Shown: positions 15,958 through 25,245 of the stretch, piece by piece | Position numbering within the stretch: the first letter of the stretch is position 1 | How the letters are laid out: each line of letters begins with the position of its first letter | IMG/VR virus record: IMGVR_UViG_3300026105_000003 | Location: 1 to 36,354 of that record | Strand: one strand, 5' to 3' | From: a virus | Taxonomy: Duplodnaviria > Caudoviricetes | DNA: 36,354 nucleotides | Notes under the pieces: model-generated | Seen by the model: only the letters and a program-made list of their open reading frames with translations | What the model was told of the DNA's origin: nothing | Database searches by the model: none | Translations under genes and position numbers: made by a program

Positions 15958-17741
15958 AGCCGATCATATTCGTGGACTTCGAGACAAGCTACACGGCAAG
16001 GACGCCGAAAGGAGAAAAGCCGCACGGGCTACGCTCGCAAACGGTGCCGGAGTACCTGCACGATGAGCGCACGGAGTGCCTGGGGGCAGCGGTTGGCATT
16101 GGTGAACAGCGCCAGTATTTGCAGGGCGATGCGCTGGGGGTGTTTTTGCACAAGGCTGTGGACAAGATCGCCGAGGGTTCTGCGGTGCTGTCCTGTCACA
16201 ATGCAGCGTTTGATCTGTCCGCTTGGCAGCGATTTTATTGGAACAGCTACCGGCGGCTGCGTAGCCAGCTGTGGCGCGACAAGCTAGGGCTGCTCGATAC
16301 GCTGCATTTGTGCCGATGGGCCAGTGCCCAGGGGCTGCACCCGCACGACGTGGGCGTGAGCATTGCCGAGATCGGGCGCATGGTGGGCATGGACAAGGGG
16401 GACACGGCCGAGGCGGTGGATGCTGGTGGTGAGGCGTTGGCAAATTATGCGCTGCGGGATATTGAGATCGCCGGCGAGGTGGCGACGCGCTACTGGCAGC
16501 ATTGGCCCGAGCGGGAGCAGAAGCTATCGACGCTGCACGTTCTGATGAGCACGCCGGGGGCTGAGTCTCTGCGGGTGGACGCCGAGGTGCTGGTGCCCGT
16601 GGCCTATGAGAGCGAGGAGGAAGCCGAGCGGAAAAGCTGGTTGCGCAAGGATGAGAACTTTGCAGCGCTGCTAGAAAAGCTGGGGGTTGAGCCCGAGTAC
16701 AAGGACACCAAGACAGGCCGGCAGAAGCTGGCGCTGGCAAAAGATGACGCGTTTATGCGCAGATTGTTGGCGCATTCTGATCCACGTGTTCAAAAAGCGG
16801 CTGAATTGAGAAGTGAAGCTGGCAGTAACATCGCGCGGACTAGGGCGCAGCGAATGCTGGCTAGCAGTGGTGATGGCAAGCGGGCGTTGCCCATGAGCGT
16901 AGACTATTACCGGGCGCATACAGGACGCAGTGGTGGCAGCGGTGGGCTCAATCCGCAGAACATGCCACGGGGTGGGCCGCATCGCCAAGCGCTGATCGCG
17001 CCTCCGGGTCACAAGCTGGTTGTGTGCGACGCCTCGCAAATTGAGGTGCGGGTGCTGGCATGGCTGGCGCAGGACGAGCAGACGTTGGATGTTTTCAGGC
17101 GTGGGGCGGATCCTTACAAGGCGTTCGCGGTGGATCTGTACAACCTGCGCAGTGAGGACGACGTGACCAAGGGCCAGCGGCAGGTGGCGAAATCGGCGGT
17201 GCTCGGGCTTGGGTTCGGCGCTGGGCCCGGCGGGTTCCAGACGTATTGTGACGCAATGAATGTGCCGATGGACGCCGAGACAGCTGAGCATGTGGTGAGC
17301 ACGTATCGGAACGCGCGAAGTGCGGTGACCAGGTATTGGCGGGCGCTTAAGAAAATCGAGCGGGTGGGCTATCAGGAGCTGCCGACGGGGCGGTGCATGG
17401 TGTACCCGGAAATGAATGGCGAAACGTTCCAGCGCCCGCAGCCGTTCGCGCCAAAGGGTGTGGACACGAGGAGCAAATACTGGCACGGTTTATTCTGTGA
17501 AAACGCAGTGCAGGCGACGGCGCGGGATATTACCCTGCTGCACCATGCTGTGGATATAGCAGCGAAGTACCCGGTGGTGCTGGTGGTGCACGATGAGGTG
17601 GTGTGCAGTGTGCCGGAGAATGAAGCCGAGCAGTGCTTGCAGTATATGCAACAGGTGATGGATACCGCACCTGACTGGTGTTCTGATCTGCCCTTGGCGT
17701 CTGAGGGTGGCATTGTGAGTAACTACGCGGAGGCGAAGTAA
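15954..17741 (+). CDS. DNA polymerase family A with 3'-5' exonuclease domain
   Basis: ExoI DFETS, ExoII HNAAFD, ExoIII YALRD; TGR...NPQN; motif A DASQIEVR; motif B RQVAKSAVLGLGFG; motif C VHDE. Confidence 0.95.
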   Translation: MKPIIFVDFETSYTARTPKGEKPHGLRSQTVPEYLHDERTECLGAAVGIGEQRQYLQGDALGVFLHKAVDKIAEGSAVLSCHNAAFDLSAWQRFYWNSYRRLRSQLWRDKLGLLDTLHLCRWASAQGLHPHDVGVSIAEIGRMVGMDKGDTAEAVDAGGEALANYALRDIEIAGEVATRYWQHWPEREQKLSTLHVLMSTPGAESLRVDAEVLVPVAYESEEEAERKSWLRKDENFAALLEKLGVEPEYKDTKTGRQKLALAKDDAFMRRLLAHSDPRVQKAAELRSEAGSNIARTRAQRMLASSGDGKRALPMSVDYYRAHTGRSGGSGGLNPQNMPRGGPHRQALIAPPGHKLVVCDASQIEVRVLAWLAQDEQTLDVFRRGADPYKAFAVDLYNLRSEDDVTKGQRQVAKSAVLGLGFGAGPGGFQTYCDAMNVPMDAETAEHVVSTYRNARSAVTRYWRALKKIERVGYQELPTGRCMVYPEMNGETFQRPQPFAPKGVDTRSKYWHGLFCENAVQATARDITLLHHAVDIAAKYPVVLVVHDEVVCSVPENEAEQCLQYMQQVMDTAPDWCSDLPLASEGGIVSNYAEAK

Positions 17742-17860
17742 TGTGTGGGATCTTGAATGTGGGACTGGGGGTGCTGGCACTAGCGGCTGGAGTGTTGGTT
17801 CTGGCTTTCACCGGTCTGTTTGTGTGGATGGTTCTTGGTGAGGACAAGAAAGATGGATGA
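17741..17860 (+). CDS. Small single-TM membrane protein (39 aa, not in track)
   Basis: MCGILNVGLGVLALAAGVLVLAFTGLFVWMVLGEDKKDG; TAATG coupling with pol, GGAGG RBS. Confidence 0.55.
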   Translation: MCGILNVGLGVLALAAGVLVLAFTGLFVWMVLGEDKKDG

Positions 17861-18041
17861 TCTGGACTTTATGTGTGCGATTGCGGTGCAAGCGATGGAT
17901 GACAGCTGCATCGAGGGGCATGACGTACGGGGCGCAAGGGCGGCAGCATACGATGCGTTGCTCGACTTCGACGTTGAGGACTGGCGCAAGGAAATTGCTG
18001 TGGACACGGCAGTGGATGAGTATTTCGCGGGGCTGTACTGA
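17853..18041 (+). CDS. Acidic hypothetical protein (62 aa)
   Basis: ATG 17853 after GAGG; TGATG coupling to the nuclease gene. Confidence 0.6.
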   Translation: MDDLDFMCAIAVQAMDDSCIEGHDVRGARAAAYDALLDFDVEDWRKEIAVDTAVDEYFAGLY

Positions 18042-18679
18042 TGAAGCACTCAGCGTCCAGTCTTGAGACTTGGACAAACTGCCCGCGGCTATGGAAGGCC
18101 AAGTATGTGGACAAGGTGGTGCCGTACATTGAGCACCCGGCAGCACAACGGGGGACGCAGATACATGAGGAATTGGAAACAGGTCTGCAAACAGGGGTGG
18201 AGCCCGACGATATATGGACGCCGCCCGGCCTTATTGAAAAGCTGCACCGCAAGGGCGCTGCCGCTGAGGTTAAAGTGGGTTTGGGAGCGAGCGGAGAGCC
18301 CGTTGAGTTTGAGTCTGAAGAGGTCAGATTGCGCGGGGTCATGGATGTTTATTTGGCAACCGGCGATGCAGCGCTCGTTCTCGATTGGAAAACGGGAAAG
18401 GTTCGTCCGAAAAAGATTCAGGCAGACGTGTACACAACGTTCGCCCAAGCGCTTGCAGGCCGTAAGGTTCCGGTTGAATTCAGGTTTGTCTATGTAGACC
18501 AGCACCAAGTGGTGCCGCTGAACAGGGACGATAAGGCGCAGGATAGGATCTGGGATCTGATTCGCAAGGTCGAGGAAGATACCGAGCACCTGCCGCAGCC
18601 TGGCTGGTTGTGCCGATTCTGCGACTACTATGCCTGCCGCTACAATGAAAACCCGGTTAAATATCAGAAGGATGACTGA
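18041..18679 (+). CDS. Cas4/RecB-like PD-(D/E)xK exonuclease
   Basis: S-A-S-S...C-P-R, G-T-x-I-H, G-V-M-D, L-D-W-K-T-G-K and C-terminal C-R-F-C-x4-C (Fe-S type cysteines). Confidence 0.9.
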   Translation: MKHSASSLETWTNCPRLWKAKYVDKVVPYIEHPAAQRGTQIHEELETGLQTGVEPDDIWTPPGLIEKLHRKGAAAEVKVGLGASGEPVEFESEEVRLRGVMDVYLATGDAALVLDWKTGKVRPKKIQADVYTTFAQALAGRKVPVEFRFVYVDQHQVVPLNRDDKAQDRIWDLIRKVEEDTEHLPQPGWLCRFCDYYACRYNENPVKYQKDD

Positions 18680-18939
18680 TGGACTTGAAGAAACTAGCAG
18701 AGATTGAGAGCGATACCGAAGCGCAGACTGATCGGGTCAACCACCCGAGCCATTACACCCAAGGCAGCATCGAGTGCATCGACGCTATCGAGGAGCAGCT
18801 GACAGCATCGGAAATGCGGGGCTACTACAAGGGCAACGCTGTTAAGTATATCTGGCGCGAGCGGCACAAGAATGGTGTCGAGGATCTGAAAAAAGCTCGG
18901 TGGTATCTGGATCGGCTGATTGCCAAGCTCGATGCGTAA
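18679..18939 (+). CDS. DUF3310 protein (T7 gp1.7 / SaV-like)
   Basis: VNHPSHY...IECIDAI...GNAVKYIWR...KNGVEDLKKARWYL. Confidence 0.92.
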   Translation: MDLKKLAEIESDTEAQTDRVNHPSHYTQGSIECIDAIEEQLTASEMRGYYKGNAVKYIWRERHKNGVEDLKKARWYLDRLIAKLDA

Positions 18940-19249
18940 CGAGGCGGCGGTCAAAAAGAAGATCACGACTGAGCTGCGGCGGCGGGGTGCGTGGTACACG
19001 ATGCCCCACCAGCGAGGATTCTCAACGCCAGGGGTGCCTGACATTATCGGCTGGTACTGCGGCACGCCCTTTGCTATTGAGACAAAGTACAACGGCAACC
19101 AGCCCTCGGCTGCGCAGGAGCTGCAGCTGGACAAGTGCGAGGCCAACGGCGCTGCGGCGCTGGTGATTGATGAGACGAATGTGCGATTGGTTTGGTTTTA
19201 TTTAGATTGGATGGAGACACGGGATGCCAGTAAAAAAGTGCACCAGTAA
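18932..19249 (+). CDS. VRR-NUC / Holliday-junction-resolvase-like nuclease
   Basis: E-x-x-V-K, G-V-P-D-I-I, A-I-E-T-K and S-x-x-Q motifs; ATG 18932. Confidence 0.85.
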   Translation: MRNEAAVKKKITTELRRRGAWYTMPHQRGFSTPGVPDIIGWYCGTPFAIETKYNGNQPSAAQELQLDKCEANGAAALVIDETNVRLVWFYLDWMETRDASKKVHQ

Positions 19250-19361
19250 GGGCAAGAGCGGATACAAGTGGGGCGACGAGGGCACGTGCTACACGGGCTC
19301 CGGTGCCAAGGCGAAAGCTGAGCGGCAAGGTCGTGCGATTCAGGCGAGCAAAAACAAGTGA
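19224..19361 (+). CDS. Small basic hypothetical protein (45 aa, not in track)
   Basis: MPVKKCTSKGKSGYKWGDEGTCYTGSGAKAKAERQGRAIQASKNK; GGAG RBS; GTGA overlap with the helicase gene. Confidence 0.7.
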   Translation: MPVKKCTSKGKSGYKWGDEGTCYTGSGAKAKAERQGRAIQASKNK

Positions 19362-20899
19362 GCTGGCACCTGCACAGGGGGCACTATATCTGGCGGGGTG
19401 ATCTGCCAGTCGGGGTGCAGCGTGAGCTCGGTACGATTAAAGCGATGCGCGACGGTGAGCCAATAGGCCATGCGCTACGCGCCAGCGTGCCTAACTACCG
19501 GGCGATCCTCGCCACGGGCATGGATGCTGAGGCACCGACGCAGGACAAATACTGGCAGTTCGCCGGCCAGCACAAGCCCATGAGCCACCAGCGCCGGACG
19601 GTTGCGAGCACACTGCAGCACCACAAGTCTTTTGTGCTGGACGACCCAGGCACAGGCAAAACGCTCTCGGCAATCTGGGCCATGCAGGCTATGCGTGAGC
19701 GCAACGGGCACCAGCGGCACTTGATCGTGGCACCCATGTCGATTGTCCATGGCGTCTGGTGCAATGAATTGTTCCTGCACACGGACTGGAAGGTAGCAGA
19801 TCTGACCAAGCGCAGCCGGGAGCGCCGGTTGCAGATGGCAGCTGACGATCGCTACGAGGTGTTTCTGATTAACCCGGAGAGTTTGCACTCGGTGGTCGAG
19901 GTGCTGCCGCTGGTCGATGGCGTGATCGTGGATGAGTTCACTGCATTTAAGTCTGTGTCCGCCAAGCGCAGCAAGTCACTAAAGCAGCTGATAAAGCGCG
20001 ATGACCCGTGGCTTGTGATGATGTCTGGCACACCTGCACCGCAGGGGCCGATTGATGCGTACAACCCGATCAAGCTGGTCAACCCCAAAGCAGAGCGCAT
20101 GACGCAACGCTACTGGCGGGATTTAACTGAGATCAAGGTCAGTGAATTTACCTGGGTGCCAAGGCCCAACGCGCAGGAGACACTGACAAAATGGCTGCAG
20201 CCTGGCACGCGCACCAGCCGGGAGGAGGCGCTGGATCTGCCAACACTCTCGACGTTCACCCGGCACTATGAGCTGACCAGTGCACAGAAAAAAGCGATCA
20301 AGCAAATGCGCGATGACGCGCTGGCTGAGTTCGAGGGCGGCACGATTACTGCAGCGAACGCAGCGGTGGCCGCCAGCAAAGCGCTGCAGATTCTCACTGG
20401 CTCGGTCAGATACGAGGACGAGCGCACGGGCGAGCAAAAGATGCTGGAGCTCGATGCCACGCCATGGGTTGAGGCTGTACAGGAAGTTGTCTCTGAGCGC
20501 CATGAGCCGGTGCTGATTTTTGTGCCCTTCCGGGCAGCAGCTGGCAAGCTAGCCAAAGCACTGGACTGTCCTATTATCCATGGCGATATTGACCGGGACA
20601 CACGCGCCAGCATCTACAATCAGATAAACCGTGGCGAGGTGCAGGCGGTGGTGGCAGTGGCAGCTACCATGTCCCATGGGCTCACGCTGACCGGCTCAAA
20701 CTGCGTGCTGTGGGCGCTTCCGCCGACCAGTGCCGAGCAATACCAGCAAGCGAATGCGCGGGTGTACCGTAACGGACAGACAAAGCCTGTTGACATTATC
20801 CACCTGGTCGCCCACAATTTTGTCCAAGCCCTTTTCCAAAGAACGGATGCCAGGGTGAAGTTGCAGCAGGCAGTGCTCGACGCACTTGCCACAATTTAG
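19358..20899 (+). CDS. SNF2-family (superfamily 2) helicase
   Basis: DDPGTGKT, IVAP, VDEF, SGTP, HGLTL and QANARVYRNGQ motifs. Confidence 0.92.
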   Translation: MSWHLHRGHYIWRGDLPVGVQRELGTIKAMRDGEPIGHALRASVPNYRAILATGMDAEAPTQDKYWQFAGQHKPMSHQRRTVASTLQHHKSFVLDDPGTGKTLSAIWAMQAMRERNGHQRHLIVAPMSIVHGVWCNELFLHTDWKVADLTKRSRERRLQMAADDRYEVFLINPESLHSVVEVLPLVDGVIVDEFTAFKSVSAKRSKSLKQLIKRDDPWLVMMSGTPAPQGPIDAYNPIKLVNPKAERMTQRYWRDLTEIKVSEFTWVPRPNAQETLTKWLQPGTRTSREEALDLPTLSTFTRHYELTSAQKKAIKQMRDDALAEFEGGTITAANAAVAASKALQILTGSVRYEDERTGEQKMLELDATPWVEAVQEVVSERHEPVLIFVPFRAAAGKLAKALDCPIIHGDIDRDTRASIYNQINRGEVQAVVAVAATMSHGLTLTGSNCVLWALPPTSAEQYQQANARVYRNGQTKPVDIIHLVAHNFVQALFQRTDARVKLQQAVLDALATI

Positions 20900-20909
20900 G
20901 GGAAGAACA

Positions 20910-21275
20910 ATGAGCGTAGATCAGTTGATCCAGCTGTACGTACAGCTGCGAGACAAGAAAAAGGAAGTGGTGGATCGGCACAAAGCTGAGCTGGAGCCCT
21001 ATGACATGGGTCTGGCCAAGCTAGAAGCGCTGATGCAGCAGAAGCTCGACGAGTCTGGTGTCGAGAAAATGGGTGGTGAGCACGGCACCGTGTTCACTAA
21101 GGTAAACAGCTCAGTCACTGTTGATGACTGGGATAGCGTGCTCGAGTACGTACGTGATAACGAGGCATACGACGTGCTAGAAAAGCGCGTCAGCAAGCAA
21201 GCTGCGCTGGAGCGTGGCGATGTACCGGGCCTGCGGTTCTCGCAGGTCAAGACTGTAAACGTCCGTCGCAAGTAA
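20910..21275 (+). CDS. Conserved phage replication-module protein (coiled-coil N-terminus)
   Basis: ATG 20910; Y..LRD...V.DWD...Y...LEKRVS...VPG pattern; precedes the SSB-like gene. Confidence 0.7.
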   Translation: MSVDQLIQLYVQLRDKKKEVVDRHKAELEPYDMGLAKLEALMQQKLDESGVEKMGGEHGTVFTKVNSSVTVDDWDSVLEYVRDNEAYDVLEKRVSKQAALERGDVPGLRFSQVKTVNVRRK

Positions 21276-21286
21276 GGGGACAAGCA

Positions 21287-22246
21287 ATGAGTAATGATCT
21301 GGTAATTAACGAACGGCCCGACTTCCTGCCCGCTGCGGCATCGGATGGGTCAACGACTTCGGAGTTCATGGGCGGCCTGGGCGGCGGCGCTATCTCTGAC
21401 ATGCCCGTGCTCTCGGTGCGAGGCAAGGTGTTCCGGCTGCGCCGGGATGGTCAGGAGGTCAGCCTTAAAACCAGCACGCTCGACGTGATTCTGGTGGGCG
21501 CTCGCAACAACACAAGCCGCCGGTTCTACTTGGGTAACTACCAGTCCGGCGAGATCAAGGCACCTGCATGTGCCAGTGCTGATGGCGTTGAGCCTGATGC
21601 CAATGTGCAGGAGAAACAGTCGGATCTGTGTGCTACCTGCCCTCGCAACGTCTGGGCCAAGGGGCCGAACGGCACGATGCGCAAAGAATGCGATGACTAC
21701 AAGCGGGTGCTGGTGTTCCTGCCGGAGCACAAGATCTACGCCCCGGTGGTGCTGGACGTGGCTGCTACGTCGCTTCGCAAGCGCAAGGGTGAGACTGGCC
21801 CGGAGCTGCAGATGCGCGAGTACGTGCAGGCGCTAGCCCGCAATCAGTTCGAGCCGCACCAGGTGGTGACAACGCTCGGGTTTACCGATGACGAGTACCC
21901 ACGGCTGCAGTTTAGCTTCCATCGCGTGGTCAACAAGGACGAGTACGTGAGCATCGTGGAGTGCCGGCAGTCCGAGGAATTCAGCAAAGCGCTGGATCAC
22001 AAGGAAGAGGAAGGCCCGATTGTCGAGCAGAAGGTCGAGCCGCCGAAGCCCGCCAAGAAAAAGGCGGAGGCCAAGCCTGAGCCTAAGCCGGAACCGGAGC
22101 CAGAGCCAGAACCTGAGCCCGAGCCAGAGCCAGAGCCGGAGCCCGAGCCGGAACCAGAGGTGGTCGAAGAGACTGAAGAGCCTGAAGCCGAGGACAGCTC
22201 GGACGATGGCGAGTCGCTGGACGACATTCTAAACCTGCTTAAGTAA
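21287..22246 (+). CDS. Putative single-stranded DNA binding/annealing protein with Cys cluster, (EP)n linker and acidic tail
   Basis: C-A-S-x-D-G...C-x-x-C-P-x-N...C; acidic C-terminus ending LDDILNLLK; position in the replication module. Confidence 0.5.
   Translation: MSNDLVINERPDFLPAAASDGSTTSEFMGGLGGGAISDMPVLSVRGKVFRLRRDGQEVSLKTSTLDVILVGARNNTSRRFYLGNYQSGEIKAPACASADGVEPDANVQEKQSDLCATCPRNVWAKGPNGTMRKECDDYKRVLVFLPEHKIYAPVVLDVAATSLRKRKGETGPELQMREYVQALARNQFEPHQVVTTLGFTDDEYPRLQFSFHRVVNKDEYVSIVECRQSEEFSKALDHKEEEGPIVEQKVEPPKPAKKKAEAKPEPKPEPEPEPEPEPEPEPEPEPEPEPEVVEETEEPEAEDSSDDGESLDDILNLLK
22073..22159 (+). repeat. Hexamer tandem repeat encoding (K/E)P dipeptides
   Basis: GAGCCN/GAACCN units with degenerate third positions. 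Confidence 0.85.
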
Positions 22247-22254
22247 ACAGATTA

Positions 22255-22276
22255 GCTGGGGGCTGCGGCCCCCAGC
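22255..22276 (+). other. GC-rich hairpin with cUGCGg tetraloop directly before the HTH gene RBS
   Basis: GCTGGGGGC-TGCG-GCCCCCAGC then AGGAGG. Confidence 0.6.
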
Positions 22277-22287
22277 AGGAGGCTGAC

Positions 22288-22584
22288 ATGGAAACGATTC
22301 AGGAAAACAACGAGAAGCTCGAAGCGTTGAGCCGCAAGGCTTTGGCCCAGTTCCGCAGTAAGTGCGAGGGCTGGAACCTGACGCAGACAAGTGTTGCGAA
22401 GTTGCTCGGAGTATCCCGGCAGACGCTGCTAAATTGGGAGAAAGAGAAGTCGAAGCCTTGTATGGGAACGGCGCTGCGGATTAAGATGGTTCTCCCACTG
22501 CTAGAGAAGGCGGCAGAGAATGAGAAACTGCCGGCACCGTCCGTACGCAACCAGTCCGAACTCGTCAAAGAAATCATTGGGTAA
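22288..22584 (+). CDS. XRE-family helix-turn-helix protein
   Basis: LTQTSVAKLLGVSRQTLLNWEKEKSKP. Confidence 0.88.
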   Translation: METIQENNEKLEALSRKALAQFRSKCEGWNLTQTSVAKLLGVSRQTLLNWEKEKSKPCMGTALRIKMVLPLLEKAAENEKLPAPSVRNQSELVKEIIG

Positions 22585-22613
22585 AAAAATGCCCGGCCGT
22601 GGGTTGACCGGGC
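22583..22613 (-). terminator. Possible minus-strand rho-independent terminator
   Basis: On the minus strand: GCCCGGTC-AACCCAC-GGCCGGGC-A-TTTTTTT. Confidence 0.45.
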
Positions 22614-22641
22614 GAGGGGGCAGCATCGGGGAAGAGAAGCA

Positions 22642-25245
22642 ATGCTGACAGCAATAGTATCCATCGGCTCCGCTGGAGTCAAACATTACTGGTATCAAGA
22701 TCGGAACGAGGCGTTTCGTGCTGCCCTGGCAATGTCAAAGCAGGGTGGGCATGGCGACTTGTACTGGTCGATGGCCGAATTCACTGACCGCAAGCGCAGT
22801 CAGGACAATGCAGCGCAGTTGAAAAACTTCTGGCTGGATCTGGACTGCGGTGACGGCAAGGGCTATGCCACCAAAGCTGAGGCGCTGAAGGCGTTTATTC
22901 AGTCTGGTTTGCCTGAGCCGACAGTTGTGGTCGATAGCGGCAACGGGCTGCATCTTTACTGGACACTGGATAAGCCGGTGCCAGCTGAGGATTGGCAGCC
23001 GGTGGCCGAGCACTTCAAGCGTGCGTGTATCACCAAGGGACTGGATGCCGACCATGCCATAACGGCAGACGCGGCACGTATTCTGCGAGTGCCTGGCACC
23101 CAGAACATGAAGGATCCCGAGAACCCGCAGCCGGTCAAGCTACTGCGCCGCTCGGGTACGAAGTACACGCTCGAAGGGTTTCAGCAGACACTGCCCTCGG
23201 TTGGGCCGCTGCGTGACGCAAAGCCGCAGAAAGAGCCTGACGAGTGGAGCGTGGACGCAGCTGATCTGCCACCGGCGCAGATAGAGAATGTGCTGCAGGG
23301 CTGCAAGCAAGTGCGTGAGGCAGCTAAGGTGCAAAGCGCTGGCATTGCCGAGCCGTACTGGCGTGCCGTGCTGTCGGTAGTTTACCGCTGCGATGGTGGC
23401 GAGGATCTGATTCATAAAATCAGCCAAGGTGACCCCAGGTACGACGCTGCAGAGACTGACCGCAAGGCGGAGAACACCGCTGGCCCGGCAACCTGCGAGC
23501 ATTTCTCGGCAGTTAATCCCGGTGGGTGTGCAGGCTGCCCGTTTGCTGGTGCGGTGCGCTCGCCTATTTCTATTCCTGCACCTGCGCCGCAGCCGGAGGA
23601 CAGCGAGGAAGCGCCGGAGCGCCCGAGCAAAGTTAACGACTGGCACATTACGGCCAAGGGCGTTTACAAGGCGATGGAAGCTGACGATGGCAGCATCGAA
23701 AAACAGTTTGCCTCGCTCACGCCTGTGTATGGCGAGACGTTCCGCAGCCGCCGTGGCGAGACTGACATGGACGCCGATGATGCCAAGCTGCTTTTGGTTT
23801 GGCTGCGCCCGGATGGCCGCTGGCGTCGCACCCTCATGCCGCTGTCGCTGATTGGCAGCCCGACAAAAATGCTGGAGTGGGCTGGTGGCCAAGGGCTTGC
23901 CACGCTAATACCCAACGCGAAGGTATGGAATATGTATATCAGTGAGCTTACAAATAAGCTGCTGGCCGAGAGACAGGTGACCGAATACTATGCCCGACTT
24001 GGCTGGCACGCCGACGATTCAGAGTTTGTGCTTGGCACCCATAAGGTTACAGCTGACGGACTGGAGGCCACGACCATCGAGCGCAACGGGCCGCTGTCGC
24101 AGCTGGCACCGCAGGGTGATCTTGAAGAATGGAAGGCAGGCATTGATCTGCTCAACCGCCCAGGGCTAGAAAAACACCAGTTCTGCATCCTTGCTGGCTT
24201 TGGCTCGCCGCTACTGCAGCTGATGGACGTTGCTGGTGCGGCTATTTCATTGGCTGGTGCGTCTGGCCGAGGCAAAACGCTGGCTGCGCGTGCCGCGCTG
24301 TCGATCTATGGCCAGCCTGATGCTCTGTTTCAGTCTGCGGATGCCACCAAGAACTCCACGGACATGCACCTTGCAACGCTGCACTCGGTGCCGTATCTGA
24401 TGGACGAGGTGACTAGCCTTGCAGATAAACAGGTCGGTAACCTGCTCTACATGATTGCAAACGGCAGGGGCAAGGACTCGCTGAACCGTGCCAGGGACTG
24501 GCGCACCGGCGGCAACTGGCGGCTGGTAGCATTCCTTACTACCAACAATCCGATCATGGAGGCGAACCAGACGCACCTGACAGAAGCGCAGCGTAACCGG
24601 GCCATCGAGCTAATCATCGACACGGCTGTGCCATCGGATATAGCAGCTCAGATTTACCAAGCCACCAGTAAACACTATGGGCTGGCGGCTGCGCAGTTTA
24701 TGCAGTACGTGATCCAGAACCGCGATGAAGTCACCAAGCTCACGCACGAATGCGTGAACAAGGTAAAGGGCGCTTTCGAGGGACAGGACGCGCAGCGTTT
24801 TGGCGTCTGGGCACTGGCTGCTGCACTGGCAGGCGGGATGATTGCTCGCAAGCTGGAGCTCATTAAGTTTGACCCGTGGGAGATCGTGCAGGAGATCGTG
24901 CCGAACCTGCAGGAGCAGGGCGAGCGCACCATGACACCCGAGGAGCAGTTTGTTGAGGCGGTGCGAGAGTGGCTGACTGAGAACTCAGATCGCGTGACCA
25001 CGACGCTGAACGGTGGCCTTGGCTTTGCCGATGACCCGATTGCCAAGCTGGATGGGCCTGACATTTTTGTGCATAGCACCCGGTTTAGGAAGGCGCTGCG
25101 TGAGCGTCAGGTTAGCCTACAAATGCTGCGGCGCTACCTTGGCAAGTACGGTGAGACGAACATCAAGCAACGGCTGTCCAAAGGCACACCGCCTGTCACC
25201 TGCATCCGCTTGCCGAGAGAGTGGATCTACGGCGAGGAAGATTAG
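22642..25245 (+). CDS. Primase-helicase (RepB/AEP-type primase + DUF927-like region + P-loop helicase)
   Basis: W-L-D-L-D, V-D-S-G-N-G-L-H-L-Y-W, R-I-L-R-V-P-G-T; Cys cluster C...C-x-x-C-P; L-G-W; Walker A GASGRGKT; Walker B YLMDE. Confidence 0.9.
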   Translation: MLTAIVSIGSAGVKHYWYQDRNEAFRAALAMSKQGGHGDLYWSMAEFTDRKRSQDNAAQLKNFWLDLDCGDGKGYATKAEALKAFIQSGLPEPTVVVDSGNGLHLYWTLDKPVPAEDWQPVAEHFKRACITKGLDADHAITADAARILRVPGTQNMKDPENPQPVKLLRRSGTKYTLEGFQQTLPSVGPLRDAKPQKEPDEWSVDAADLPPAQIENVLQGCKQVREAAKVQSAGIAEPYWRAVLSVVYRCDGGEDLIHKISQGDPRYDAAETDRKAENTAGPATCEHFSAVNPGGCAGCPFAGAVRSPISIPAPAPQPEDSEEAPERPSKVNDWHITAKGVYKAMEADDGSIEKQFASLTPVYGETFRSRRGETDMDADDAKLLLVWLRPDGRWRRTLMPLSLIGSPTKMLEWAGGQGLATLIPNAKVWNMYISELTNKLLAERQVTEYYARLGWHADDSEFVLGTHKVTADGLEATTIERNGPLSQLAPQGDLEEWKAGIDLLNRPGLEKHQFCILAGFGSPLLQLMDVAGAAISLAGASGRGKTLAARAALSIYGQPDALFQSADATKNSTDMHLATLHSVPYLMDEVTSLADKQVGNLLYMIANGRGKDSLNRARDWRTGGNWRLVAFLTTNNPIMEANQTHLTEAQRNRAIELIIDTAVPSDIAAQIYQATSKHYGLAAAQFMQYVIQNRDEVTKLTHECVNKVKGAFEGQDAQRFGVWALAAALAGGMIARKLELIKFDPWEIVQEIVPNLQEQGERTMTPEEQFVEAVREWLTENSDRVTTTLNGGLGFADDPIAKLDGPDIFVHSTRFRKALRERQVSLQMLRRYLGKYGETNIKQRLSKGTPPVTCIRLPREWIYGEED

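Noticed and set aside
18038-18047. CTGATGA as a second hammerhead core
   Set aside because: It is the TGATG stop/start overlap of two genes; no flanking stems or matching GAAA arm found.
18041-18679. Cas4-like gene as part of a CRISPR-Cas system
   Set aside because: No other cas genes or array; stand-alone Cas4-like nucleases are common in phage replication modules.
15954-18939. Modified-base (e.g. dZ) system
   Set aside because: No PurZ, dATPase or base-modifying enzyme is recognisable; DUF3310 alone is not sufficient.
22288-22584. HTH gene as a lysogeny repressor
   Set aside because: Co-oriented with replication genes, no peptidase domain, no divergent cro and no integrase seen.
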